DNA of 42,188 nucleotides. It comes from Albugo candida. Taxonomy: Eukaryota. Below the pieces are notes generated by a model that worked only from the letters and a program-made list of their open reading frames with translations, was not told where the DNA came from and ran no database searches. Below, one piece after another: positions 10,933-21,141 of the stretch. The DNA lies in contig JBDOQK010000007.1 in NCBI GenBank assembly GCA_040437565.1, positions 682,001 through 724,188 of the forward strand, given 5' to 3'. Each line of letters opens with the position of its first letter. Positions within the stretch are counted from its first letter, which is position 1. The position numbers were made by a program, and so were the translations under genes.

Positions 10933-12229
10933 TACAGTTAGAAATTTCTAGGACCATTTTTTACGGCGCGTCATATGAGCCTAGTTTTATTAGTGGAGAT
11001 GACCTACAGGCCACATAATGCTAGGTTTGTCCTACTTTTTATAAAAATGCAATTTTTAGCCCTAGGATCCCTTGCAAATTCGATAAATNNNNNNNNNNNN
11101 NNNNNNNNNNNNNNNNNNNNNNNNNNNNNNNNNNNNNNNNNNNNNNNNNNNNNNNNNNNNNNNNNNNNNNNNNNNNNNNNNNNNNNNNTACAGTTAGAAA
11201 TTTCTAGGACCATTTTTTACGGCGCGTCATATGAGCCTAGTTTTATTAGTGGAGATGACCTACAGGCCACATAATGCTAGGTTTGTCCTACTTTTTATAA
11301 AAATGCAATTTTTAGCCCTAGGATCCCTTGCAAATTCGATAAATTGGACTTCAGATTCGGACTCAGGGCACTCAATTACATCTATTCCACATAAATTTGA
11401 TGGGCTCGCGGAACATTTTGTCGATTTCACGAGACGAATTGCGCTCGTTTCGGAAACCAAGTTGCCTAGCGAATCTACTCGAACGGATCTGATATCGTAA
11501 GAAATGGTTACCCCAAACGGATTCTTACTCCCAAGAGCTCATTCGAAAGCTCTGGAAATGCTGAGTCGATGACAACCAGACGGTTTGGTCACTGATGCTC
11601 GGTTCGCGCGCTAGGTCAAAATACCAAAAATAGCGGGTTTTGGTGGTTTTTGACCACCAAAACATGGTTCCGGACATCTACCAATACATGACGAATCACT
11701 GATGGGTGTGAAATGATTTGCTGCGTCGAATGCGCTATACCATGTCGAGAGGGATGAAGAAACACCGACGTTATTCCAGAAATAGTGGCAAAAATGGCGA
11801 TTTTTGGCGACACTTTTTGAGTCACGAATGGTACCGTACCNNNNNNNNNNNNNNNNNNNNNNNNNNNNNNNNNNNNNNNNNNNNNNNNNNNNNNNNNNNN
11901 NNNNNNNNNNNNNNNNNNNNNNNNNNNNNNNNNNNNNNNNACCACCAAAACATGGTTCCGGACATCTACCAATACATGACGAATCACTGATGGGTGTGAA
12001 ATGATTTGCTGCGTCGAATGCGCTATACCATGTCGAGAGGGATGAAGAAACACCGACGTTATTCCAGAAATAGTGGCAAAAATGGCGATTTTTGGCGACA
12101 CTTTTTGAGTCACGAATGGTACCGTACCATACGCTACAGTGGGTACTTTCTGAACGAGTTTTTTGTAAAACATTCTCCAGAAAAATGCGCATCTTTTGCG
12201 CTACGTCGGATTAGGCCACGAGTACGGTA
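10933..12229. mobile_element. Non-coding insertion, possible non-autonomous DNA transposon(s)
   Basis: Abruptly separates the gypsy integrase and GT71 fragments; begins ta-cagttag and ends tacgg-ta (Tc1/mariner-like end words), but the two ends are not complementary; contains two gaps. Confidence 0.3.
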
Positions 12230-12568
12230 ACCTTCGATGAAAATCCCAGTCTCACACTTCCTTCACCAACATTTGAACGGGGAATTGCAATTGTCATATC
12301 GCCGCGCAGCATTCAGAGTGTTTATGCTTCTATCAAGTGGTTACGTCATGTTGGTTGTACGCTACCGGTCGAATTATGGTATCGCGCAGATGAGTTTCCC
12401 TTTATAAACATGATAGAAGGTAAAACTATCGCTACTCATCCGATTATAGCTGACTTGATAGAAACACACCATGTGTTCCTTCGACAAATCGATCCAAAGG
12501 CCCAGGCTGAATCCTGGTTCACTAAAGTCTACGCTGTTTCGTATTCCGCATTCAAACAACTTCAATGA
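12230..12568 (+). pseudogene. GT71 (MNN2-like) alpha-mannosyltransferase fragment
   Basis: Open frame absent from the ORF track: FERGIAIVISPRSIQSVYASIKWLRHVGCTLPVELWYRADE…HPIIADL…VFLRQIDP…FTKVYAVSYSAFKQLQ stop; typical RGIV/LR..GC.LPVE.W/K.YA...S.F motifs, truncated just before LLLDADN. Confidence 0.85.
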
Positions 12569-12599
12569 ATTTCTGTCGTGAACGCGAAAGGTCTACATG

Positions 12600-13175
12600 C
12601 ACGCACCGGCTAGAATTTCACAAATGATGAAATGAGAGTGCAGCATCCAGCATTTTGCAAGTGTAGACTTGTACCTTCAAGCTGGCTATCATAGTGTCAT
12701 TCCAAATCTCTCAGATAACCACAACGTGGTTCCTGGGTTGGCTTCCCTGCTCGTCGTTATCTTTGCTTGTTTGACTACAGCGAATAAAATGTTTCAAATC
12801 TTGTCACTCCATTTTTAAGCATTTCCATTTGGATGCCGCACATTTCTTCAAGCTTGTCGCGCTTCTTAGCTTCATGATCTAATATAGCCGCTAGTATCAT
12901 TAGATGACTTTTGTAATTTTCCCCAGCTCATGCTTGCAGGCGCACATGTGAAAACTTGATCTCCGGCATGCTATTTCATAGCCTGAACCCGTGCTCGTAC
13001 ACCATTTGATGCATTAGAAAAGACCAATCGGAACTTCTGCGTAATTCATTTATAGACCGAAAGGTGTGTACAAGTGTATGAATCTAGAACTGTCGTGAGA
13101 AAGCCTCCTTTGTGAATGCATTCCTCAGTGTGAGCAAAAAACTACTTACTTCTACCGCTTGATGGATTTTGACAA
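12600..13175 (-). mobile_element. Degenerate pogo/Tigger-like transposon 5' end
   Basis: Starts with the same motif as 4760/9280 (aaatccatcaagcggtag…aaggaggctttctcac); minus frame MPEIKFSHVRLQA*AGENYK…LAAILDHEAKKRDKLEEMCGIQMEMLKNGV loosely resembles a CENP-B-type HTH N-terminus. Confidence 0.35.
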
Positions 13176-13199
13176 TCCCAACCGCGATCCACCATCTCA

Positions 13200-13650
13200 C
13201 TTTCTACAATGTGTTGACACCAGCTTAGGGACCTTATAGGAGTGACCTCTAGAAGCAAGTAATATCTTAGTGGTGGATGCAAATTTGAAGTAGACTACTA
13301 TCGAGCTAGATGCAATCATATCGCAAATCGGAATTGCATGGAATCGAATTGTTCGTTGTATTCTTGCAAGAATACCTCCCAATTCATCGATTCCAGTACA
13401 TCACGATACCGGTTATTGGGTAAGTCAAACGCATCGCCTTCACATCCCAATTTACACCGATTCCCAAGTCGAATTTCTTGTGGGTCTGCATCCAACCGGA
13501 ATGAACATCGTGGAATTGAAACAAGCTTACGTGTACGAACAGAATAATGCCAGCAAACACGCAGTTCAGAATCGCTGGACACGAGCACGCATCCACTTGA
13601 TACTCGACTATGTGGAAGACCACTACGCTCCGCTGTCCTTCTTCTCACTG
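13200..13650 (-). mobile_element. MULE-type transposase remnant (SWIM zinc finger region)
   Basis: VFHIVEYQVDACSCPA…(frameshift)…LRVCWH gives CxC…CxH, followed by DVHSGWM, similar to the post-SWIM ..I..RW motif. Confidence 0.5.
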
Positions 13651-13657
13651 ACGAATC

Positions 13658-14422
13658 AGTTGAAGGTGTCTATATTACTAGAATTAGACTAACTGACTTC
13701 TCTAGTTGCCAAGGCTATCTTAAATAACATATATAGATATAAAAAACCTTTCGTGAAATACCTGTGGGAGATGATAATATGCCTTCTCGTTGATAATCTC
13801 GTATCGTAGTAGCCTCAGCACCATTAATACGAGACTGTGTCCAGCTTGTAAATGCTGTAAAGTTGAAAAAGATGTAAAGTTGTGAAAATGGTCCAAAAGT
13901 ACCGTGGTTTGCAAATTGGTGTGCGCCACACTACGGTGAGTANNNNNNNNNNNNNNNNNNNNNNNNNNNNNNNNNNNNNNNNNNNNNNNNNNNNNNNNNN
14001 NNNNNNNNNNNNNNNNNNNNNNNNNNNNNNNNNNNNNNNNNNACTCGATGTCCGAGGCTTTCGGCTTTGGGAGCTCCACGCGAAATTTCGCTCGAGCTCT
14101 TGCCTGGTCCTTACGCAAGGACTCCTGTGACTTGATAAGGTCAGCAAGAGTAGGACTTTTAGTGTCGTCCACAGTTGCAGTTGCAGTTTTCTTTGGGTCA
14201 CGCTGTGACGAGGCAATGACAGACCGCACGTACCTCAACGACACAAAAGCGACGGAACTGCAACCTGGGTAAAGAGCAGAACAGTGGTCTATTTTTACTT
14301 TTAGATTTTGAGTGCTGTAGATCTAAAAGATCTGGGAGACCTTTCGAGCTCTAGTGATGGAGACCGTTTTAGAGATTAAAGAGTTTTAAGAAGTAAGAGA
14401 ACTGATTTTGGACTACCGAAGT
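13658..14422 (-). mobile_element. L1-like LINE copy (5' UTR/ORF1 start and 3' end; interior lost in gap)
   Basis: ORF1 piece TVDDTKSPTLADLIKSQESLRKDQARARAKFRVELPKP nearly identical to 31070-31200; 3' end equals the reverse complement of 31660-31964; 5' end begins acttc like the other copy. Confidence 0.8.
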
Positions 14423-14658
14423 CACTACAATGGTGCAGGTAGTCGCACCGATATTTGTTTCTCCTTACAATTGTTGAAAAATTTACCTAAATTATCCTAC
14501 TTTGTGTTCTGCTCGGACTCAGAGTTTTGCTTATACAAATCGGAAATATTAGACAACGCGATAAAGGGCATCTAGCCTCTGTTAATCCCACGATTCAAAA
14601 TTGCCTGTGATACTCTATTCTTGAAGTACGTGTCCTGGGCATCACGGTATTAATCATC

Positions 14659-14815
14659 AATTGGAGGTGTCTATATTAATAGAGTTAGACTAACTGACTT
14701 CCTAGAAAGTGCTATCTCAGTAGACTCACTCTAGAAGGGAGATGCAGGCCCCTACACCCTAAATAAACTGGATTGCCTGCAACGAAGAAATAAAGGCGAC
14801 GAGAGACAAACTACC
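14659..14815 (-). mobile_element. 3' end of a related L1-like LINE subfamily (inner boundary uncertain)
   Basis: ttggaggtgtctatattaatagagttagactaactgacttc matches the 3' terminus at 13660-13700. Confidence 0.6.
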
Positions 14816-14986
14816 TACAAGAATATTATCGTCATACCGACGAAGCATATAGAAGAAAGAGCTGGGTCGATCGACCACTCTGGACGCATTAGGTAATCAC
14901 CGGATAGCTATGTTAGGGTTGAAGCGATAATCCAAGATAATATACACTTCATTTTTCACCTTTTGCAGTACACTTCCGAATTATCA
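14816..14986 (+). repeat. 5' LTR of copia element 1
   Basis: Direct repeat of 19780-19961, ends …ttatca before the PBS. Confidence 0.95.
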
Positions 14987-14999
14987 GGTTATGCGCCCA
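14987..14999 (+). promoter_or_regulatory. Primer-binding site, tRNA-iMet half-molecule type
   Basis: ggttatgcgccca, one mismatch to the copia/Ty5-type GGTTATGGGCCCA, directly after the LTR. Confidence 0.85.
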
Positions 15000-17900
15000 A
15001 TTGGAGAAACTGTTGCCACGGACCAGTCCAGCGAGCAGACGAGTGTAGCCACCGGTCGCGAATAGGCTGGTGAGCCACTTGAAGAGAATAGAGAGGTCAA
15101 TAATGATGAAAGCACGAAGGGAACTGAGGAGAAGCTGCTGGATCTACTCACAGGCCTCGGAGAGCGCATGGAGCACCCAGAGGAGTCGCAAAGGCGACCG
15201 GATGAGAAAGAGCAGATGAAGGGACGACAGGAGAGCGCATCGAATCATCATTGGGACAGGGAATGGCCGTGCATCGCAAGGCTTTGGACATGATGCCGCT
15301 GCGAACCGTCATACCTACGTTATCGCCGGCTACATACTTCGGTACGAGGAAGCCGGGATAAGCACAGGCGGCAAAGAATGTTGAAATGGCGCAGGTGCCA
15401 CAGCCGGTGATACCGCAGCACTACGTGCCACCGTAGGCATACCAAGTGCCACATATGCAGCATCCAGCACAACTGGCGGATGTGCTGGATGCTGCATATG
15501 TGGCACTTGGTATGCCTACGGTGGCACGTAGTGCTGCGGNNNNNNNNNNNNNNNNNNNNNNNNNNNNNNNNNNNNNNNNNNNNNNNNNNNNNNNNNNNNN
15601 NNNNNNNNNNNNNNNNNNNNNNNNNNNNNNNNNNNNNNNGCGACCGGATGAGAAAGAGCAGATGAAGGGACGACAGGAGAGCGCATCGAATCATCATTGG
15701 GACAGGGAATGGCCGTGCATCGCAAGGCTTTGGACATGATGCCGCTGCGAACCGTCATACCTACGTTATCGCCGGCTACATACTTCGGTACGAGGAAGCC
15801 GGGATAAGCACAGGCGGCAAAGAATGTTGAAATGGCGCAGGTGCCACAGCCGGTGATACCGCAGCACTACGTGCCACCGTAGGCATACCAAGTGCCACAT
15901 ATGCAGCATCCAGCACATCCGCCAGTTGTGCAAATTGGGCGTGTGCCTGACGCGAGGCAAAGAAAGCTTGGAGTACACCCATTTGATGGAAAGAAATTAT
16001 ACCTAGGATTGGGTACTGGGTTCCTGTCATGAGGCAAGCGATTCTTGAGGCAGTGCAGTTTGACGAGCGTGCATGTGATTTTCAGTGATCAGAGGATGTG
16101 AAGGTCCATGTCCTCGGGCATTATTTGAAGGGAATGGCTGAGAGGTACTACAATCAACAAGTGGAATGCTGGTGGGAGGAGGAGCAGGCGCTCGAGCATG
16201 CGATGCAGCGACTGCTCCACACGTTCAGCACTAAAATTACTCTTGCCCAGAGTATGAAGCTGCTCACTATAGCAAATAGCGCCACGAAAAGCTGGACAGA
16301 GCATTACTTATACCTGGTAGCGATCAGCGAGGCGTCTGGAGGTGCCGATAACCACGTTCTGGACAATATTGTTTGCAGTACGAAGACTCGGAAATGCGAG
16401 TGGCGATGCTTTCGAGGCTAAATTTAGCTCGTACTGACTACTTGAGGCAGGCTGAAGAGCTGGAGCACTTTGCTAAGTCTCCGAGAATGATTTATAAGGA
16501 AAGCAATTCGAGAAGGACTCGGTCAACGTGATACATCCCGAAAGAAAAGACCCAAGAAAGTGTTTCAAGTGCGGAAAGATTGGTCATGTGAAAGCAGGAG
16601 CCCAAAAAGAAAGGGAGATCGATCAAATGATCAGAAGCCGACTTTGTGCTAGCAGTGAAGGACAGGACTTTTGCTCAAGGATACTGGATACTAGACAGAA
16701 GATCAAGTCGTCACCTGGTGAATGTCCAAGACTCTTGAATAACTTCGAGGTACACTAGCGAGTGTATGGCTGTAGACGGAGGAGCTCTATGGATCACGAA
16801 ACGTGGAACGGCCATTCAAACGACGTTAGTGATGGGAATAGTGACAAGAGTGCAGCTTTCAAACGCATAAAATATGCTGAGCACCTTGAGCGAAACATCG
16901 TTTCGTATGGTTTACTGGAGACAAAAGGATATGGCATATCGTATCGTGGTAAGAAACTTGTGGTCGCTGGAATAAATGGTGGACCGGTCATCTTCAACGT
17001 GGAAACGATGAACAATAATCTGATTGTTCTTGTGAAAGATTTCAAGAATGATTTGCGTGCCGGTGATGTTCTGATGTCGGTGCTGACTCAGAACAAATTT
17101 GAAGCTGATCAGGACATGCAAAAAGGATCCCTCATGCATTTTGATCGGCGTTTTGGACATATTCATTATGACACGACCATCAGTATGGCGAAGGAACCAC
17201 CGTCTGGTATTCTGCTAACAGACGAGTTACGTTCGAACTGTCTTGCCTGTGAGTAAGAAATCAAAGCAAAATACGGGCGGAAATTCACAAATTGACGTGG
17301 TTGGAGGAGTCACATGCTCGGATTTGAAAGGATCCATTACTTCACGATATCGACTGGAGAACCGTTATATGGTGAACTTTATCGACCATCGCACAAATTA
17401 CTGCGGGGTATTAATAGTCAAGACTGAGGACGTCGCGGATTAGAAGTTTAAGCAGTTCATGGCCTTTTTAGAGCGTCAGTTCAGCTATCGGATTCACGTG
17501 CTGAGGACCGATGGAGGAGGTGGATACCGGACGCTGGACTTATTTTGCAAGGAAGAAGGAATCGCGCGGCAATTTAGCGAGCCACGAAATCAGGCGAGAA
17601 ATGATAAAGCAGAAAGGATGCATCGAACCATTATGAAAATGGTGCGTAGCATGGTGTATGCATGTGGACTTCCATTAAGCTACCGGGGAGATGCCGCGTA
17701 GTAGGCGGCATACATCTTAAACAGGAGCCCAAGAAAGTCGAATGAACGGAGGAGATCTCCGCTGGAAATGCTGAATGGGACTGTGCAAGATCTGAGTGAT
17801 GTTGCTGTGTTTGGATCAACATGCACGGTGCATCGTGACGCAAGAAACAAATCTCTGGGAGAGCGAAGAAATACTGGCGTGATTATTGGGAAAAGTGATA

Positions 17901-19779
17901 AGGCAAGTGGTACCAGCTGTGGTGACTCAGCACGTCAGAAACGTGGAACAGTAACAAAGGAACAGAACGCGCATCTGAGAAGAGTTCATCTCGCTGATGT
18001 CGAAGATTTGAAGAAAATGGCGGCCAAGAAATCGTCAGGAAAGCATCCAGGAGCGGTTTCGGACAAGAAGCTTAAGGACGCAGATATAAAAAGTGTGGGC
18101 GTGTGATAGGCACCGCACCAGGTTAGTGGGACGAAAAGACGCTGCAGCAGCTGTGGTAAAGGACAGTGACAGGGTCGAAGAAACGCAGGTCATGGTTAAT
18201 AGTGTGCGAGAATAAGACCCTTAAAACTATGGAGAAGCAATCAAAAGTGAGCTCAAGGATAAATGGCTGATCGCGATGACGGAAGAGCTCGATGCTATGA
18301 AGGACAATGGAGTCTGGGTGGGAAAAGTACCACCATAAAAGAGTCACGTGTTGCACACCAAGTGGGTATACAAGACCAAGACGGATGTCGATGAGGCCAT
18401 CGAACGTTCCAAGGCACGTTTGGTTGCTTGTGGAAACGAACAAGTATACGGAGTTGATTACGACCTGACATTTGCGCCGGTGATAAAATTAAGTACGGTG
18501 AAGGTGATTCTGGTGCTTGCGTTGCGTTGGGGTGTGGCCTCTAGGCATGGAGACATTCCCAACGCACACGTAAAGGCAGATAAGGAGCAGCACATAGAGA
18601 CATTCCTGGCGATCCCGCAATGCATGGCAATCAAAAAAACGTGCTCAAGCAACTTGGTGTGAACACAAAGAACAAGCTGGCATTGAAGCTTAAGAAGTTA
18701 CTGTACGGGTTGAATCAAGCCGGTCGTTTGTGGTGCGAGCTGATGCATGAAAAGCTGGTGGATGCTGGTTTAATGCTCTGCGTGACCGACATGTGTTCGT
18801 ATTTCAAGCAACAAGACAGCGACACCAATTGTTGGCGTCTATAGTGATACTGGTAAGCGATCGTTCCGATAAAATGGGAATTCTATCACTTAAGGCCCGA
18901 GGCACCAGTTATTAAATTCCTAGGAATACGAGTGGCTCTCAACGAAGGCATGTATTTGCTAGATCAAGAATTGGTGATCGTGGGATTACTTGACCAACAC
19001 GGGCTGATGAACGCGAAAGGGGTACGCTCGCCTATTGGAGAAGAGAACAACGACACGGAGGATAATCTGGTTTTATCAGCTGTTTAAGCTATCACTAGAA
19101 ATGAGCCGACCGTACGCGATTTCCAGTCACTTGTGGGAAGTTTGTATAGCTTGCGCTCTGCACGAGGCCTGACATCAGCTTTGCAGTATACAAGTCAAGG
19201 CGACGTAATCATAGGCCCACGATAGATGACTGGAAACTGGCGAAAAGGGCTGCACGAACCCGAAAGATGTCTGAATTGCAAGTTGGAGCGACTCCGACTT
19301 TGCTGCCGATTGAACGGACAGGAAGTCCGTCACTGAAGGAGTAATCACCCTGGATGGAGAAGCAGTGATCTGGGTTTGCAAGAAGCAGACAGAAGTATCC
19401 CTCTCAACCATGGAGGAAGATTTCACGTCAGCCTCTCACATGGGACGTGAACTGCTGGGAATGAGGGAACTACGACGAGGCCGGAATTACGGTGATGGAG
19501 CCAATGTCGACATTTACGGACAACCAAGCAGCTATCCGGAAAGTGGAAATAGAAGAAAGCATGTCTAGCGCGAAACATCTTGATGTGCGGCTGAAGTATA
19601 TCTGTGACGTTGCAAAAAGAGACATCGTGAGACCAGAGTATCTTGAGTCACGGCTAATGATGGCCGACATTTTGACTAAGGCGCCAAGAACGGCGGAGCT
19701 GAGGGAGCTTTTCAGCTTGAGGTAAATGACGAGTCGGTGACACTGAGAACGGACAGAGCGGGAGAAGACCGAGGAGGAG

Positions 19780-19961
19780 TATAAGAATATCATCGTCATA
19801 CCGACGAAGCATATGGAAGAAAGAGCTGGGTCGATCGACTACTCTCTGGACGCATTAGGTAATCACCGAATGGCTATGTTAGGGTTGAAGCGATGAGCCA
19901 AGATAATATAAACTTCCATTTTTACCTTTTATTCAACTCGCAGTACGCTCCCAAATTAACA
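19780..19961 (+). repeat. 3' LTR of copia element 1
   Basis: Follows PPT gaggaggag, ends …ttaaca, then TSD ctacc. Confidence 0.95.
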
Positions 19962-20972
19962 CTACCATTCCAAACACGTGGTGTGAACTAGTAGTTGTTT
20001 GTACACGTTAATCGCAGTCAGATGCGAAACAGAATTAATGAACAATTCAGATATCGCTGTCAACTATGTCCACAATCGTGTGTTTTTGCATGAGAGTATT
20101 GGCAGGTAGACGCGCTCGCAAGAAAATCTGTCATAAAAACGTCGAGCCAAAAAAAGATGTACGATTAAGTGTGGTGATACAGCCTTTTTGTAGCTTGTGT
20201 TTACTTTGCGTTACAGATTCTAATGTCTACAAGTCACTCGTGGATAAAAATCGTCTTATTTTTTTTATTAAACTCGTCTCGAGACATCCACAGGCTTAGA
20301 TAGGTCTCCTGAGTTGCCTGTTACTAAAATAGAAGAGACAATGTCAACTAGATGAACTACATTTGTAACTTTACAAGCTGAAGTGCCAATTGTGCACACA
20401 GCATGTGGGTCGTTGTTAGACTAGATAGCTATTTAACTTGCGATCGATGATATACAGATGAAGATTCTAATGATTACTGTTTCCTTTTCTCAACGCAAGA
20501 GTGTGTCTCTACAAACAGTAAAGTTGGGTATGCGTGAAAACAATCACTTAGGCAATGAAAACGTTGAGTCAGAAAAATTCAAATCAATACGTGGGATAAA
20601 TAAACACTTCCAAATGGTGATTGCTGAAAAAAATGTAAGATTTTGAGGCTTGGTGTGCAGCATAATTTCCAAGTCCTGTGTGTAAAAAGTAGGAGCCATG
20701 CACTTGTTGCAATAATGATAGAAGTAAAAGTAAGATATATTTAGCGTTACCCTTGTTTTTGCAACACTAGAACATGCATGTTCAGCAGCACTACAACTTC
20801 ACCATATCAAGTCCGTCTGGTTCACCCATGATCTTATGATGGTCTCACGTGGCGACCATCTTTCCTCTTTCCATCTGTCAAGTTGTCACCAAACAGCAAA
20901 TCAGGCGAGGTCGGACTTCACCAGCAATGGTCTTGCAGTTGAACCTCGAATCCTTCGGGTACGACACAGGCG

Positions 20973-21141
20973 TGACAATCCCTTGGCTCGCAGAAGGGCT
21001 ATCGGCTCCGCAAGCCTTTCTAGCAAGACTTGCGGAGAGAATGGTAAAGTTAGACTTCTATTAAAAGGTAGTAAGGCCGAACGTGCTTAAACTAACGGCT
21101 TCATGTAACCTCCATCTGTCATGTCATTACGCTACATGTCA
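20973..21141 (-). repeat. 3' LTR of the gypsy element
   Basis: Direct repeat of 26185-26353, next to PPT (tccctcc on + strand, 21145-21151). Confidence 0.9.

Larger units (their letters stand above)
14816..19961 (+). mobile_element. Full-length degenerate Ty1/copia LTR retrotransposon
   Basis: LTRs 14816-14986 and 19780-19961; TSD ctacc at 14811-14815 and 19962-19966; PBS ggttatgcgccca; PPT gaggaggag; gag knuckle CFKCGKIGH, integrase LRTDGGG…AERMHRT, RT KWVYKTK…KARLVACG and LYGLNQAGRLW, RNase H DNQAA…KHLDVR…ADILTK; many stops and frameshifts. Confidence 0.97.

Noticed and set aside
14416..14435. Possible TSD for the LINE copy at 13658-14422 (cactgacgaat vs cactacaat)
   Set aside because: Needs indels to align; the two sides of the gap may come from different copies
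15411..15539. Perfect inverted repeat of about 60 bp in the copia gag
   Set aside because: It runs into a gap, and the duplicate copy at 15856-15935 is colinear without it; consistent with a fold-back chimeric read switching at gcac…gtgc
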